Positions 1 through 11,915 of a stretch of DNA of 64,000 bases are shown here, piece by piece. How positions within the stretch are numbered: the first letter of the stretch is position 1; each line of letters begins with the position of its first letter. The DNA comes from Antedon mediterranea. Its lineage: Eukaryota > Animalia > Echinodermata. The notes under the pieces were generated by a model. The model did not search any database, was not told the origin of the DNA, and saw nothing but the letters and a program-made list of their open reading frames with translations. A program made the position numbers and the translations under genes. The stretch spans positions 32,414,388 through 32,478,387 of the forward strand of contig NC_092670.1 of assembly GCF_964355755.1 (NCBI RefSeq), given 5' to 3'.

Positions 1-20
1 TGTTTTATTGTTCTGTCTAG

Positions 21-1965
21 TTTGGACGTCGATGTAAATTACACGAAACATGCGATTATGGCGTGATGATATCTGGCGGCTGGAACAGGCAGACTAGTAT
101 TAAACGACATTCAGAAAACATTAAAAATATGTATTCAATGTTACGAGAGCAAGGCTTCAAGAAACACAATATTAAGATGTTCTTTGCTGACAATACAGAT
201 ATTGAGCGTAGGTATTTCTTTTATATGAGTAGGCCTAGTTTTACAATAATGTTGAACTTCCCGAAAGCTAGCAGTAGTGGGCTTGGTAAAAAGATCGGGT
301 TAAACTGTGAAAAAATAACTGTTCATATTTCGTCTTTACCAAAAGACAATACAAAAGGCATTGACAACAATCTGAAACAATTCAAGAATGGGGGGGGGGG
401 GTGATGGAGGGGAGTCTTTGTAGTATATAGCAAATTATTATTTCAGTACGTCCTTGTATCAAGAAGAGAAGAAAAAAGAGGATGGGGAGAGAGACTGCCC
501 AGACACGGTTAGATCGTCTGCCATGAATGGGCCATGTAATATAATTGAGTAGGCCTAGGCTAATCACTGTCCTAGTGCCAATTCCTTGAATGGAAAATTA
601 TTTGTGGCAACAAATTCTGCGAGTTTTATCCAATTGTTTCCATTATAGTAGTCTGTCTGGGCATTGTCCAATAGCAGCACATGTCAACATAATTCCATTT
701 TTACATCGTTTTCCACATTTATTTTGATAGGTTTCACTTAATTTTTTATATATTGTATGTGCCGATACAATACAATGACAGATTTTACATTTTATTTTCA
801 GTGTATGAACAGAGCAATCAGCACGTTGACAACCGTTACCCAGCGACGCAGAAGAATGCGATTCGTAACCATTTGAGCGGTCTTTGTAGCTCAGGTTGTA
901 ACGTGGATACACTCATACTATACTTGAATAGTCCAGCTCTACCGGATGGAAGAAGTCTGTTATGGGACATTGATGAAAATGGACAGGTACGGTAAATCCG
1001 AGCGCATGACGTAATCATTCGTATAAATCCTAACGTATGACGTAAACATTCGTAATTTAAGCGTGTGACGTAAATATTCGTATAAATCCTAGCCTATGAC
1101 GTAAACGTTCGTAATCCAAGCGTATGACGTCAATATTCGTATAAATCCCAGCGTGTAACGTAAACATTCGTATAAATCCCACCGTGTGACGTAAACATTC
1201 GTATAAATGCGAGCGTATGAAGTAAACATTCAAAATATTAATTACATTTTTTATTTGTTTTGTTTTTTAAGATGGCAGCCAGTGAAATGATCAGCGTAAG
1301 GGAGATATTGGAGGACATATCGGATTGTAAAGCTTCGCATGTCTATCTGATTGTGGATCAAAGTTATTCGGGTATTTTCGCCGAAGAAATAAGAAAATCG
1401 AAAACTCACGAAAATGTAGTTGTGTTCACAAGCGGAAATAAAACGGAATATTCATGGAGAAGTGACCTGACCAATGCATGGTCATACAGCAACCACACGC
1501 AGCAATGTGTAGATGAGGTGTATGAGGTAGGCCCTACCGTATTCTACATTACTGTTGTTATCATCATTGTGTACCGTAATCGTTATTTCTAATCGTCATT
1601 ATTATGTTATCCTATTCATAATAATATCGTCATAATCATCGTGTTATTGGAATTATCATTATTATCGTGTTAGTCATTGTTAACGTCATTGCTATGTTTT
1701 TATATCCATATGTCATCTATACCGTCCTCCCAAAAACGGCCGATTTCCATGTAAAGAAATTGTAGACTTACTGAAATGTGTGTGTTTTATATTCTAGATC
1801 TACTCGGATTCATTCACAAACTCGAATCCTAGGATGATGGAAGGATCGGCAAACGCAGCCAACTCAACGGTATTCGGAGGTCACCCGTGCTATCTGTTAC
1901 CATTCATGTCGAACAAGGAAATCCGCTCGACTTTTACGGGGTGCAGATACAGGCCGTACGGCTAG
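21..1965 (+). CDS. 3' part of a peptidase C13 (legumain/GPI8, caspase-hemoglobinase fold)-like protein, probably catalytically inactive; 5' end lies outside the window
   Basis: Exons 21-207, 802-986, 1272-1526 and 1798-1965 have AG/GT ends and consistent phase. Motifs GVMISGGW..IKRHSENIKNMYSMLREQGF..NI.MF, DTLILYLNSPA, VYLIVDQSYSG and VVVFTSG..EYSW follow legumain motif order (AVLVAGS..YRHQAD, FIYFTDHG, YIEACESG, ESSY). Stop is TAG at 1963-1965. Confidence 0.75.
995..1232. repeat. Intronic minisatellite, about 8 units of 28-31 bp
   Basis: Repeats of cgtataaatcc(ta)gcgtatgacgtaaacatt directly after the donor site at 987. Confidence 0.85.
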
Positions 1966-3966
1966 CACACACACTCTCAAATAAAAAGAACTCTATCCAC
2001 AAACAAGTCTTTGTTTCATATTCAGAATATACGTTTATTTATATTTTCTCTACTACGGTACTGTATAGAGAAAAAACTGGACTTTCTAAAATCCGACACA
2101 TGAGATTTTTCGACTTGCGCAAAGTCGGCAAAGACTGTAGCAGACTACTTCCAACTCATGTAAAAGTATGACAACTATAATGACACTGCCAAGTGCTTAT
2201 TTATTATGCGTTTATAATATCCGCTACTTATGCGTTTTGTGGTAACGCATTAGGAAATAACGCGTTTTCTTCAATCGGCGAGAATAGTCGCACACGTCTC
2301 ACAACCGAAGTTAGTGCATATCTCAAATACGTAGGCACAACATGGTCTCTTCCTTCGTCTGCTAAAGAAATGATTTTGTATAGCCATTTCGTGTACAGAT
2401 TTCGAACATATTGATTGCTTGTCTCACTCTCAGGATATTAATGAACATAAAAGTACAAATTCAAACTTAGGCCTAGGCCCAGTAATGAAATTCTCCTTCT
2501 ACGTGCTATATGTTGCTTGTATACGAATATATAAAGCACTACAGTATATAATGCTTAAATATACAATAAATGAGATAGGCCTATACAAAATACGATACGC
2601 CCATACGCATTGTAGTGACGTCACAGGCGATTTAAAGACATTACATAAAATGTTACGTGATAAAATAGGTCTACCGGTAATGTAAAATTTAAAAAAATGT
2701 ACATATTGTAATAATGTGAAAAATAAAATAAAGTTTATATTATTATCCGATAATTGTTTGGTTATTGGTTTTGTTAAGTTGTTACATGAGTTTTAAGTGT
2801 TCATCTCAGGCAACGCAAATTAAAAAAAAAACAGGAAATAATTTAAATTACCCTTCTCTGCTTTTTTTTTGTATGATAAAGATGGAGTAAGAGCAGTTTT
2901 CTGTTTGGGCTCATGCCTATTACTTGCTCCTGGCAAGATGAAATGTAAATTGTACTTTTTAAGAACTTTTGCCGAATGAATAATTATTATTAATATTAGT
3001 AGGCCTAAACTACAAAGTGGTTTTGAATCAGCGCGTGATATTTCCGCGTACACCATCCCGATCTACATAGACACCCTGACAAATAAAGCACACTTTTACG
3101 GAGCTTTCGATTTGTGCGCATTCGGTGATATTGGAACGCATTTTTTTGCTCCCCACATCTCGACATTATGTCTAATAGACGACATACAGGCGGCGACCGA
3201 CGACACATCGATTGAACTGATCTCGTCGCAAATCGAAATATATCGATTGTATGGTAAACACGTGACTTAGTAAAGATGGTCTTATGATGAACTCTCACAT
3301 TTAGATGAGTCCGTTCAAAACTACCGCCCATTTCAAACAAATTAATATCGCATACGATTATGATGTGTTTTGTGTTTATCGACATGCGGAAGAAAACAAG
3401 GACGTATTAGATGACTTTTAAGGTAATGATTTTACAACCTATTATAAAATAACAATTGAAAGCTAGGCCTTGTCAACATGGTGGAAGCTATTTCAGTGAC
3501 TGCATGGGTAGGTCTATCCATCGTGTATGGCCGCCATCCAACTAAATCGGTCGCACCATTTTGATGGAAATAAAATAACAGGATATAGGCTACCTTCAAT
3601 TACATGTAGGCCTACTATGCGTACACCACACAGAATTTAAGACAGAATTCGATTTACGGTAGCTAGGTCCAGAGATACACGAGAGATACTAAGCCATCTA
3701 CTGATAAAATATTTCAAACTGTATTTTTGGAAAAGACAGATAAAATAGTGAAAACATTTTCTTCTGGTTTTGATTCATTGAGATACAGTAGTTCATTAAT
3801 TGTAAACCAGTATAAATTAAAATGTTTAACAATTATGTATTATCAGTTCTAGGCCTAAATAACCTATATATTATATAATAACCTAATTATTACGTTATTA
3901 GGCTATAGTACTTTAAACAATATCATTCAAATCCTGTTGCACTCATTGGCCTGATTTTTGAAGAAT

Positions 3967-4388
3967 CCGAGACGATTCGGCCCACTTTTGGGCCGAAACA
4001 TCCCCCCTTATGGGCCGAAACGTCTTACTTTAGACCAACAATGTTGATATAAATATAAAATAAATTACTAAAAATACGTAATATTATATTCAATTTATTA
4101 CTTCGAAAACTTTGTTTATTTCGTGCATTCGCCAAGTGGCCAACAGAGGATGTAACCTGTTTACATCGTTCACGTGACTAAAAAATGATCATTTTCGACA
4201 ATGTTTTCAAAATGTTTGCTTTATTGCATCTTTATCCCTAGTATTACTCCCCCATAGTCTCTCTGAAAATAAAGTTTGGGGAAAAAAGATTATTTTATGC
4301 TTATAAAATGCATACCAAAGCCGATACATTTAAGGGTGCCGAATCGTCTCAGGGCCGAATCGTCCTGTATAGTACCGCTAATCGTCCC
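3967..4388. mobile_element. MITE-like element inserted at the stop codon of SDR copy A
   Basis: Inverted ends gagacgattcggccc and gggccgaatcgtc(c), with internal gggccgaaac repeats. Absent at the homologous site of copy B (about 13640-13662), whose 3' UTR matches 3885-3955. Confidence 0.75.
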
Positions 4389-7300
4389 GAAATAAGAAAT
4401 CTGTAACTACTGATGGCATATAGCTCAATGGTATAAAATATAACTTTGCGTCATAACCAACACTGTAGCGTTTCTTTGGGTATTTTGCCGTCAACGCATG
4501 TTCCATAGCATTCACAACTTTACCCGTGTTCCTGGAAGCTAACGAATCCAAAGATTTGCTTACTTTTGCAATTTCTGAAACAAAAATAGAGAATGTCTAT
4601 TAATAATTAACATATTCAGAAGTACGGATTTGATTTGTCGGTCATCCGTCAACAAAGCATTCGTTTTTATATCCGCTTATTTTGAGGGCTGCTCTGAAAA
4701 CGCGTCTCCTCTTAGTTTTCCGCCTTGTTAAGGCATTGAGGCTTTACATGATAATGCGATATATAAACCCATTTCTTCTTAATATTATTGTCGTTTGTTG
4801 TAAGAAACACTGACTCTTTATCGCATTTCACCCACACATCTCGATCATTAACCCATTGTATGTTCTAAAACATGTAATGACTCGTGGATTCAATCTTCGA
4901 CCCACTACTTGCTATAGGTATACATAGGTGGCGGTATAAAAATTTTCGTTAGCGATGCAACATCTCCGTGTTTTAAAAGGGGAAATCACTTAAGAGCCAT
5001 TGTCTGTAAGAATCAAAGAAATATCAAAAAGAGTGGCAGACTCAAAAAAATGGATTTCTTTCAAATTTTGCACATGGCTATATATGTGTTGAGAGAAATC
5101 AAATATGAAGTTTTTTTTTTTTCACACGTATATTTCCATGGCAACGGCCAAATTTGTGTTTTTGACAAATTTTGTCCTTTTTTAAGGTTTTTTAAAATGG
5201 ATATTGGTACTACTTTGATGAACGATATTTTTGTTTTGTTCATGTAATTATAAAAAATAATTAGTTTATGCATAATAACAATGCATTGTGTACCTGTTTC
5301 AAATTTTTTAATTTTTTTTTATTTCATACCTTGGGAGATACCATTTATTTAAAAAGGGGTGTTTTTAACTTTTTTTAAATTGTTCAATGCAACTAAACTT
5401 TACTTCACCATAACGCCCAAAGTGGTGTATTTTTTTAGCTGATTTATTACAAATAGGTAGTTCTAATGTTTAATAATTGATTTATAAAATAAAATACTGG
5501 GGTAAATTTAAAATCTACAAGCAGTGTTGCGAGAAACATAGGCATTTTTATTTTAAAAAAACATGATATATTAGTAAAAACATTTTATTTTCTTTGATTA
5601 TTTGATTTGAAACCCATTGGTCAGAAAAATTCTTAATGTTTTATATAGTTCTAGTTGTGTTGTGAGAAAAAAAAATAAATTTTTAATTATAGATTCTGTA
5701 ATTCCCAGTTTTAATGTCATTTTATAGGTTATATCCTCTGGAAATTTGAATAAATTATCAGATATCGTTGTGAATTTTAATCTTTGCAACAGGTTACTCC
5801 TCTCTTATTTTGAAGCTCCTCTTTCATTTGTTTTCTTCTTTTATTTGCTAACCTAAGCAGATCCCACATGCCCATCTACCACCACTTTCGACCCCCCCCC
5901 CCCACCACGACTATAACCACAAAAAGATAAACTGCAACACTTTGGTCGATCATCCACTATAGAGTGTCAAATGCATGCATTTCAAGCACCACCCACACTG
6001 TCGCTACTATCGCTCTAATGAATAGACGGATTCAAACTCCTCCATCCCACCCCCTCCCCTTTCTCCAAGCCCCCACCAACCCCAAGTTAAAAATTGCAAT
6101 GCAAAAGATATGACATAAAGTTAAGTTTTTAGACCCTCGCCTTCAACCCCCTAACTATTTAAAAGTCCTGGATCCACCACTTTCCCCTCCCCAAAATAGA
6201 ACCAATCAAAAGTCAATGATATACTCAGGTATGTTAATGCTACATAACAAATATTGAAGCCCTGATTTGAAATTTCATTTCATTTAAGGTCAGCATGTAG
6301 GCCTAAAATATCACACTTTATTATTAAATATTGGTTTTAAATTCTATATCTTTTTTACTGTGATGGTTGGATTCAGTATTAATTATTAATTAATAATTAT
6401 CTGATAATTATTTAATTTCCCTTAGTTATGCATAGCAACAGTTAGTTACTATGGTAACTAAAATTGAGATATTCTTTAGATTTTGCATATTTATCTTATA
6501 CATATTTAAATTTGTAGATTATTAGCAGGCATGCCTTATTTGCATTTTCAAATTACCGTTTCACAAGGTCATATTCGTAAGCACGTTCTTCTGTGATTAT
6601 TTTTATTCATGAAAACCCCATATTTTATTTACAGCGGCCACCTCCCTTAACGGACGCACTTTGAAAAGCCTGTTTGTTCTTCCTATCTAATTAGTGCATT
6701 TAGTGCTTACCATAAGCAGCTGCGGGCACCTTTTTATACAAAATGAGATTTTTTGTAAGCGGCCAATCGAAAAATGTGATACTTATTGCATGGACCTATG
6801 AATTAGGTGCATGTTTATTTTATTTCTTTATATATTAGCTTTATTTTGAAGAGGTTTTAAAAACATTACTGTGAAGAGATGAGAAAACTACACAGATTTT
6901 GTCTGAAAATGTTATACTAAACCACCTGATTATAAATAATAATAGGCCTACAATTATAAGCGGCCACTTTTCCAGGTCCCGAGGGTGGCCACTTACGGGA
7001 GGTTCAACTGTATTTAAAAAAACAATTATCCTTAGTTATCCATAGAAACAGGTTCTAACATAACATAAATAATACATTTTGACATAACTTGACCCAACAA
7101 ATGACCCTTTAACAAGGTCAGACATTTTCTGGGATTCAGTAGATAAGTAAATTTGGGAAAAGGTAGTAAAGCTATGTTATCAATTGTTTGTAGTCATGAA
7201 ACCCCGTTACGTATAGAAACAGTTGCTACAATACACTATAGGTAAAATGTTGATGTCATTTGACCTCAATATGTAAAAAAAAAATTTTTCTTGAAAACTC

Positions 7301-10300
7301 CATATTTAATTTTTTTTTTTAAATATCATTAGTTACGTAAACAGGTTTAAGATAACACTAAAGGTCATTTTTTTACCTTTATTCAGATTCGTCAAGACTT
7401 TCTTTCTGAGATTATTAGGATTCAGTATTTAAAGTAAATTTGGCAAAAAGTAGAAATGTAAAACAATGTAAAAAAAATGTTTTGTATTTATGGAAAACCC
7501 CTTATTTTTTTGAAATTTTCGCATAGAAACAGTTACTATGGTAAAATTTTGACCTCAAAATGAATGAATTTACAAGGTCAAGTTTGTCATTAATGGAATG
7601 CAGTAGAAGTAAAATTGAGAAAAATTACAAATGCAATCAATTTTTTGTATTTATAAAAACGCCATTTTTAACGTTTTTTTAAAAATTACTTTCCTTAGTT
7701 ACACATAGAAATGGTTGCTAAGGTAACACTATAGGTAAAATATGAAAATTGTTGAGAATTGTTATGAACTATCTTGTAAATTTTGATCAAACATTAATAG
7801 TTGTAGTAAAGTGGGGACCTGTCCTGTTTTGCATTCTGACCCCTTTTGACCTCAAATGACCTATTTACAAGGTCAGATTTTTTGGGAGGTCTTTCTGTAT
7901 CTCTTTACACAAAATAGATTTAAAAATTTATAAAAACCATTGACGCAATTATTTCCAAGTTTAACATTATTTTCCATCAACTAAATATTTCAATGCAAAA
8001 TACTGTTTTTCTGGCAATTAATTGAAATAAACCTGGCAACACATTCTTCTATTTTATCTAAACTATTCGTATGACTCTAGTAGCATTATGACAAGCCACA
8101 TATACATTTTATTATTGGATTAGCCATATTTAAATTGTGTTTCATGTGTTTTGTTTGTTGATATTTTGTTATATTTTTTGTATTTTTCGTATTTTCCTGG
8201 CAACACAAAACCTATGTACGAAATTTACCCCAGTGTTTTTTTCGTGATTATTGTTGACAAACCTATTGACTATCAAATTAAAAAACCTCATTGATTTAAA
8301 AACACCACTTTGGAAGTTATAGGTACGTTTATGAGGTATACTTTTATAAAAAAAATATTTTTTAAAAACACCCCTTTTTAAAATAATGTTATCAACCAAA
8401 CTCCATTTTGTAATTTTTTTTTTTCTACATTAAATGGAACTCAATACATGTTGTTTACACTGCTATAAACAAAAACTGTATACTGTAAGTATTTTTGGTT
8501 AAAATAAGTATACAAGTTTGTACTTTTTCACTATAGAAAATCTGTGAAAAATGACAAAAACATCAAAATTTGGATAATTGACCGTTGTCATGGCAACGGA
8601 GGCTAAAAATTAAAATGAATGTTGTAGATATGCTTTTTATTGAAATGTCTATTCATGGTAAAAATTTGAGAGAAATCCATTTTTTTACATCTGCCACCAA
8701 ATCTTTGATTTTTACAGACAATGGCTCTTAAAATCCCGCCTCTAACACCCATCATATTTTAATATGCAATTAATCAAACAGACCAACGGGAATTTAAAAA
8801 TGTTTTTACTTGAAAATGTTTGGAACTTACTACTTTCGAAAGCTTCCTGGCCACCAAATTCGTGTCTAGTTTCTGGACTTAGCTCGGCCCACTTAGCTCT
8901 CACTGGAGCAAAAACGTTACCATCATCTGCGATAGCCGTCTTGAAAAAGCCTGGTTCAATTATGCAAACCGATAATCCAAATGCTTTCAGCTGTACCCTT
9001 ACAAAAAAAAGTATTAGCATTCATTAAAAAGAATAATAACAAATAGATAGTAGGAAGTATAAATCATACTGTAATTATAAAAACAATGCTCATATTCGGA
9101 ACATGATCTCATTGGCGAAAGTTCCGTATTTTTAGTTGTATGTTGCGGGATTCGAACCTGCAACCTCTCGCTTACAGGGCGAGTGTCATACCACTAGACC
9201 ACAGAGCCATATATGGTATTATCACAGATTTTCACCCACCAGATACACTCTCTTATACAACAAACGCCCTCACAATCAGTGGCGGCATAACAAGTCAGAA
9301 TAAATTCCAACTTTAATACGCTACGGTTTTTTAAATAATATTGTGTATATGTAAATCAATGTGTTGCGTAGCGCTGTGAAAATTATATATAGATCATACT
9401 GTAAATTATAGAAACAGTGCTCATATGCGGAACATGATCTCATGATCTCAATAGTAGGAAGTATATTGATATAGAAAGTACTAGTCTAGAATGTTATACG
9501 GCTATTCGTAAAAGAAAACAATTTTGTCATAACTATCCTTTAGCTGATTCGAATTAAGAGCGGCGTTACGTAAAAGAAATAGAGACTTTAAGGCCAATTT
9601 ACACAGACGAGCGGTTACAGTAGGCCTAAGTGGAACACCACATAGCTTGTTCAACATAGAATCTGTACCGTATCTATCCTGAGCGGGTTTTATTTTAAGG
9701 TTTTGTGTAAATGGTCACAATAAATAACATAGATTCTATATTGTATTATACCTTTACCACTCTTGCTGTGTAAATTGGCCTTTACGGTATGTCCAAGTAG
9801 GCCTACTTGGTCCATCATGTATAAAGGGGTAGTTTTTATATCTTTTAAAACTAATCTTTTTTTATTATTTATTTTCCTCTTGCAATTACTTCTCTTCTGT
9901 TATTTTAATCAACGCCTATTCATCTTTGCTCGGAGCTGACCTTTAAGACCATCACATTTTGTTGTTGTTAACAAACCTTATTTCGTCGGAAAAACACTCA
10001 ACACCAAATTTAGAAATACAGTATCCGGCCTCTGGTATAACAACCCTGCCGCAGATACTTGCTACATTCACTATTCTGCCTCTTCCCTGCTTCAACATGG
10101 GGGTAAACACCTTGGTTACGTCAATCAAGCCAAATAAGTTTACATCGAGAACCCTTTTGTATTCGTCCCTACTCCACCACTCCATAGCTCCGCCATATCC
10201 AGTGATTCCTGCATTGTTTACAAGCCCCCACAAACCTGGAACAGTTTAGCATCATATTGTTTAAACTGATTTTACTTTGTGTAGTATCTGTGAATATGCG

Positions 10301-11332
10301 TTTATTATGCAAAATGTAAATAAAGTAGTTAGTTTATGAATATTTCAATTCAAGTTCAAGTTTATTGTTTCACACAATACAATACAAAATGATAATATAG
10401 AAACATAAATATTAGGTTCATTTTAAATTTAGATCACTCACAACACGTGCTTTTCTGAACCACCCAAAAGCACATTCTTAAAATTAACCATTGGTTTATA
10501 TACAGTTATTATACGGGACACCCGTATTTTGGGAACACCCTATTAAGGGGATACTTTCACGCGAAACTGGGGACAAAGAATACTTGAACAATACAGTCAA
10601 CTCCTATTCATATCAGGGGACACCCCTATTAAGGGTTTGAGTGTGCCAAATGGTTGATTCAACTCGACAAAAAAAAAGACTAAATAATCATCAATTTCTT
10701 TGGCTTGACATATTTCTTTTCAGATCAATTGTTTTTTCACGTGAAAACCTGTATTACGAGGACAATTTGGTTTGTGGTTAGTGCCTCCCGAATAGGGGTA
10801 CCCTATTAAGGGGACAATCCAGAAAGTATCCCCTAAATGGGGGTTCTACTCAGTATTCGCGTCCAAGGTTTCGAGGTTTTTACAAAAGGACCGACGCGAT
10901 GTTTTCAACACTATTTAGGCCTAAACCATCAGAATTTGAGTCTAGGCTCTATTTACGTTCTTTAATTATAATTTAGGCCTACTCATGCTTTTCTTTATTT
11001 AATTCAAACTTGCCTTCTGACTTTGGAATGATCTCTCGTACTTTATTCAGTGCCTCCTGGACACTGCCATGATCTGCAACATTCATTAATATCGCTGATG
11101 ACCGTCGCGATAGTGATGATCCCAGCTCATGCCTTGCCTTCTCGGTCAGACACGATGCGATCACGTGCATCCCCTTCCCATCTAATTGTATTGCCAGCTC
11201 GTTGCCAAAGCCAGAGTCGCACCCCGTTATAAGCACATACTTGTTGCTTAAGTTTGATATTTTTGGTATACGGAAAAGAAACTCAACTAACCAAATTAGT
11301 GAACATACACCAATAAAAATATACAAAATCAT
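4378..11332 (-). CDS. Short-chain dehydrogenase/reductase, SDR9C family (RDH7/RDH16/HSD17B6/DHRS9-like), copy A, about 313 aa
   Basis: Exons 11332-11014, 10235-9977, 8997-8831 and 4574-4378 (942 nt). N-terminal hydrophobic anchor, TGCDSGFG, GLWGLVNNAG, catalytic YCISK, IEPGFF and HALTAKYPKKRYSVGYDAK. The first coding intron has a GC donor. Confidence 0.92.
4994..8727. mobile_element. Large non-autonomous DNA transposon, Kolobok-like (TTAA TSD, GAG...CTC termini)
   Basis: ttaa|gagccattgtctgtaagaatcaaaga at 4990 and tctttgatttttacagacaatggctc|ttaa at 8727, with longer imperfect inverted subterminal matches. The empty site is visible in copy B (cacttatattcccgc, about 14285). No transposase ORF seen. 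Confidence 0.85.
6631..7012. mobile_element. Tc1/mariner-type MITE nested in the Kolobok-like element
   Basis: tacagcggccacctccc at the left end and gtggccacttacgggaggttcaactgta at the right; internal taagcggccac repeats. Confidence 0.55.
9062..9450 (-). mobile_element. tRNA-containing short retroelement with terminal direct repeat and 15-bp TSD
   Basis: TSD atagtaggaagtata at 9047-9061 and 9451-9465. Direct repeat of about 55 bp at 9063 and 9393. Internal tRNA(Thr, TGT)-like A/B boxes at about 9140-9208 on the minus strand, without an acceptor stem. Confidence 0.7.
9590..9783. mobile_element. Harbinger-like MITE shared by both SDR copies (paralog at about 14713-14886)
   Basis: TIR aggccaatttacaca...tgtgtaaattggcct at the same intron position in both copies. 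Confidence 0.65.
10501..10853. mobile_element. Tc1/mariner-like MITE(s) shared by both SDR copies (paralog at about 15631-16190)
   Basis: tacagt... and ...ctactgta-type ends; repeated ggggacacccctattaaggg units. Confidence 0.55.
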
Positions 11333-11422
11333 TTCTGAAAAATAAATATTAAAATAACATCGGCCTACTTTATTATAAAAAAAAAATATTAATACTGTAT
11401 AATATATAGGCCTATGTTTACT

Positions 11423-11915
11423 ATCTACAAGATACAAGATAACTTTATTGTCAAAATTGTTTACAATTTCGAGATATGTTTTGTACCTGAGTAGAATAAA
11501 TAATACGATGTGATAACTATATAAATAAATACAAATGATACAAGTGACTATCTTGAAAAGTTTGTGTTAAATAAATTGCATGCTATGTACATTGGTGAAA
11601 ATCTGAAACGGTTTGTGGATATTTTTTCCTGTGTTAGTCTAACCTTTCCTGATCTACTTATAATGATGTCTGAATGTAATGGGTGTGATGGGTCTTGCAT
11701 AATTGTGTCAAATTTTTTAAGTATGAATATATTAAACATTTCATCTAAAGATTTCACTTCTACACCGATAACTCTGCTGGCCTTGTTTACTAATCTCTGA
11801 ATTTGACTTTTACTGTTTACATTGATATGAGAAAACCAAACAATAATACAATAAGAAATGATTGATTGAACAACAGAGGAATACAACATATGAATGAGAT
11901 GAGAACTAACATCAT
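11423..11915 (-). mobile_element. 5'-truncated non-LTR retrotransposon 3' fragment (Rex1/L2-like RT C-terminus)
   Basis: ORF LYSSVVQSIISYCIIVWF..IQRLVNKASRVIG..IMQDPSHPLH..TNRFRFSP, followed by aataaa and an (atcttgt)n tail on the minus strand. Absent from copy B. Confidence 0.8.

Noticed and set aside
3005-3385. 126-aa ORF in a CpG-richer patch between convergent genes
   Set aside because: No motif, no splice support and no protein-like composition.
9095-9130. tggcgaaag inside a hairpin resembling an HDV-like or hammerhead ribozyme
   Set aside because: No CTGANGA core, and too little sequence between the paired strands for the HDV double pseudoknot.
9135-9210. Possible tRNA-Thr(TGT) gene
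   Set aside because: The acceptor stem does not pair and it sits inside a TSD-flanked insertion, so it is treated as retroelement-derived.
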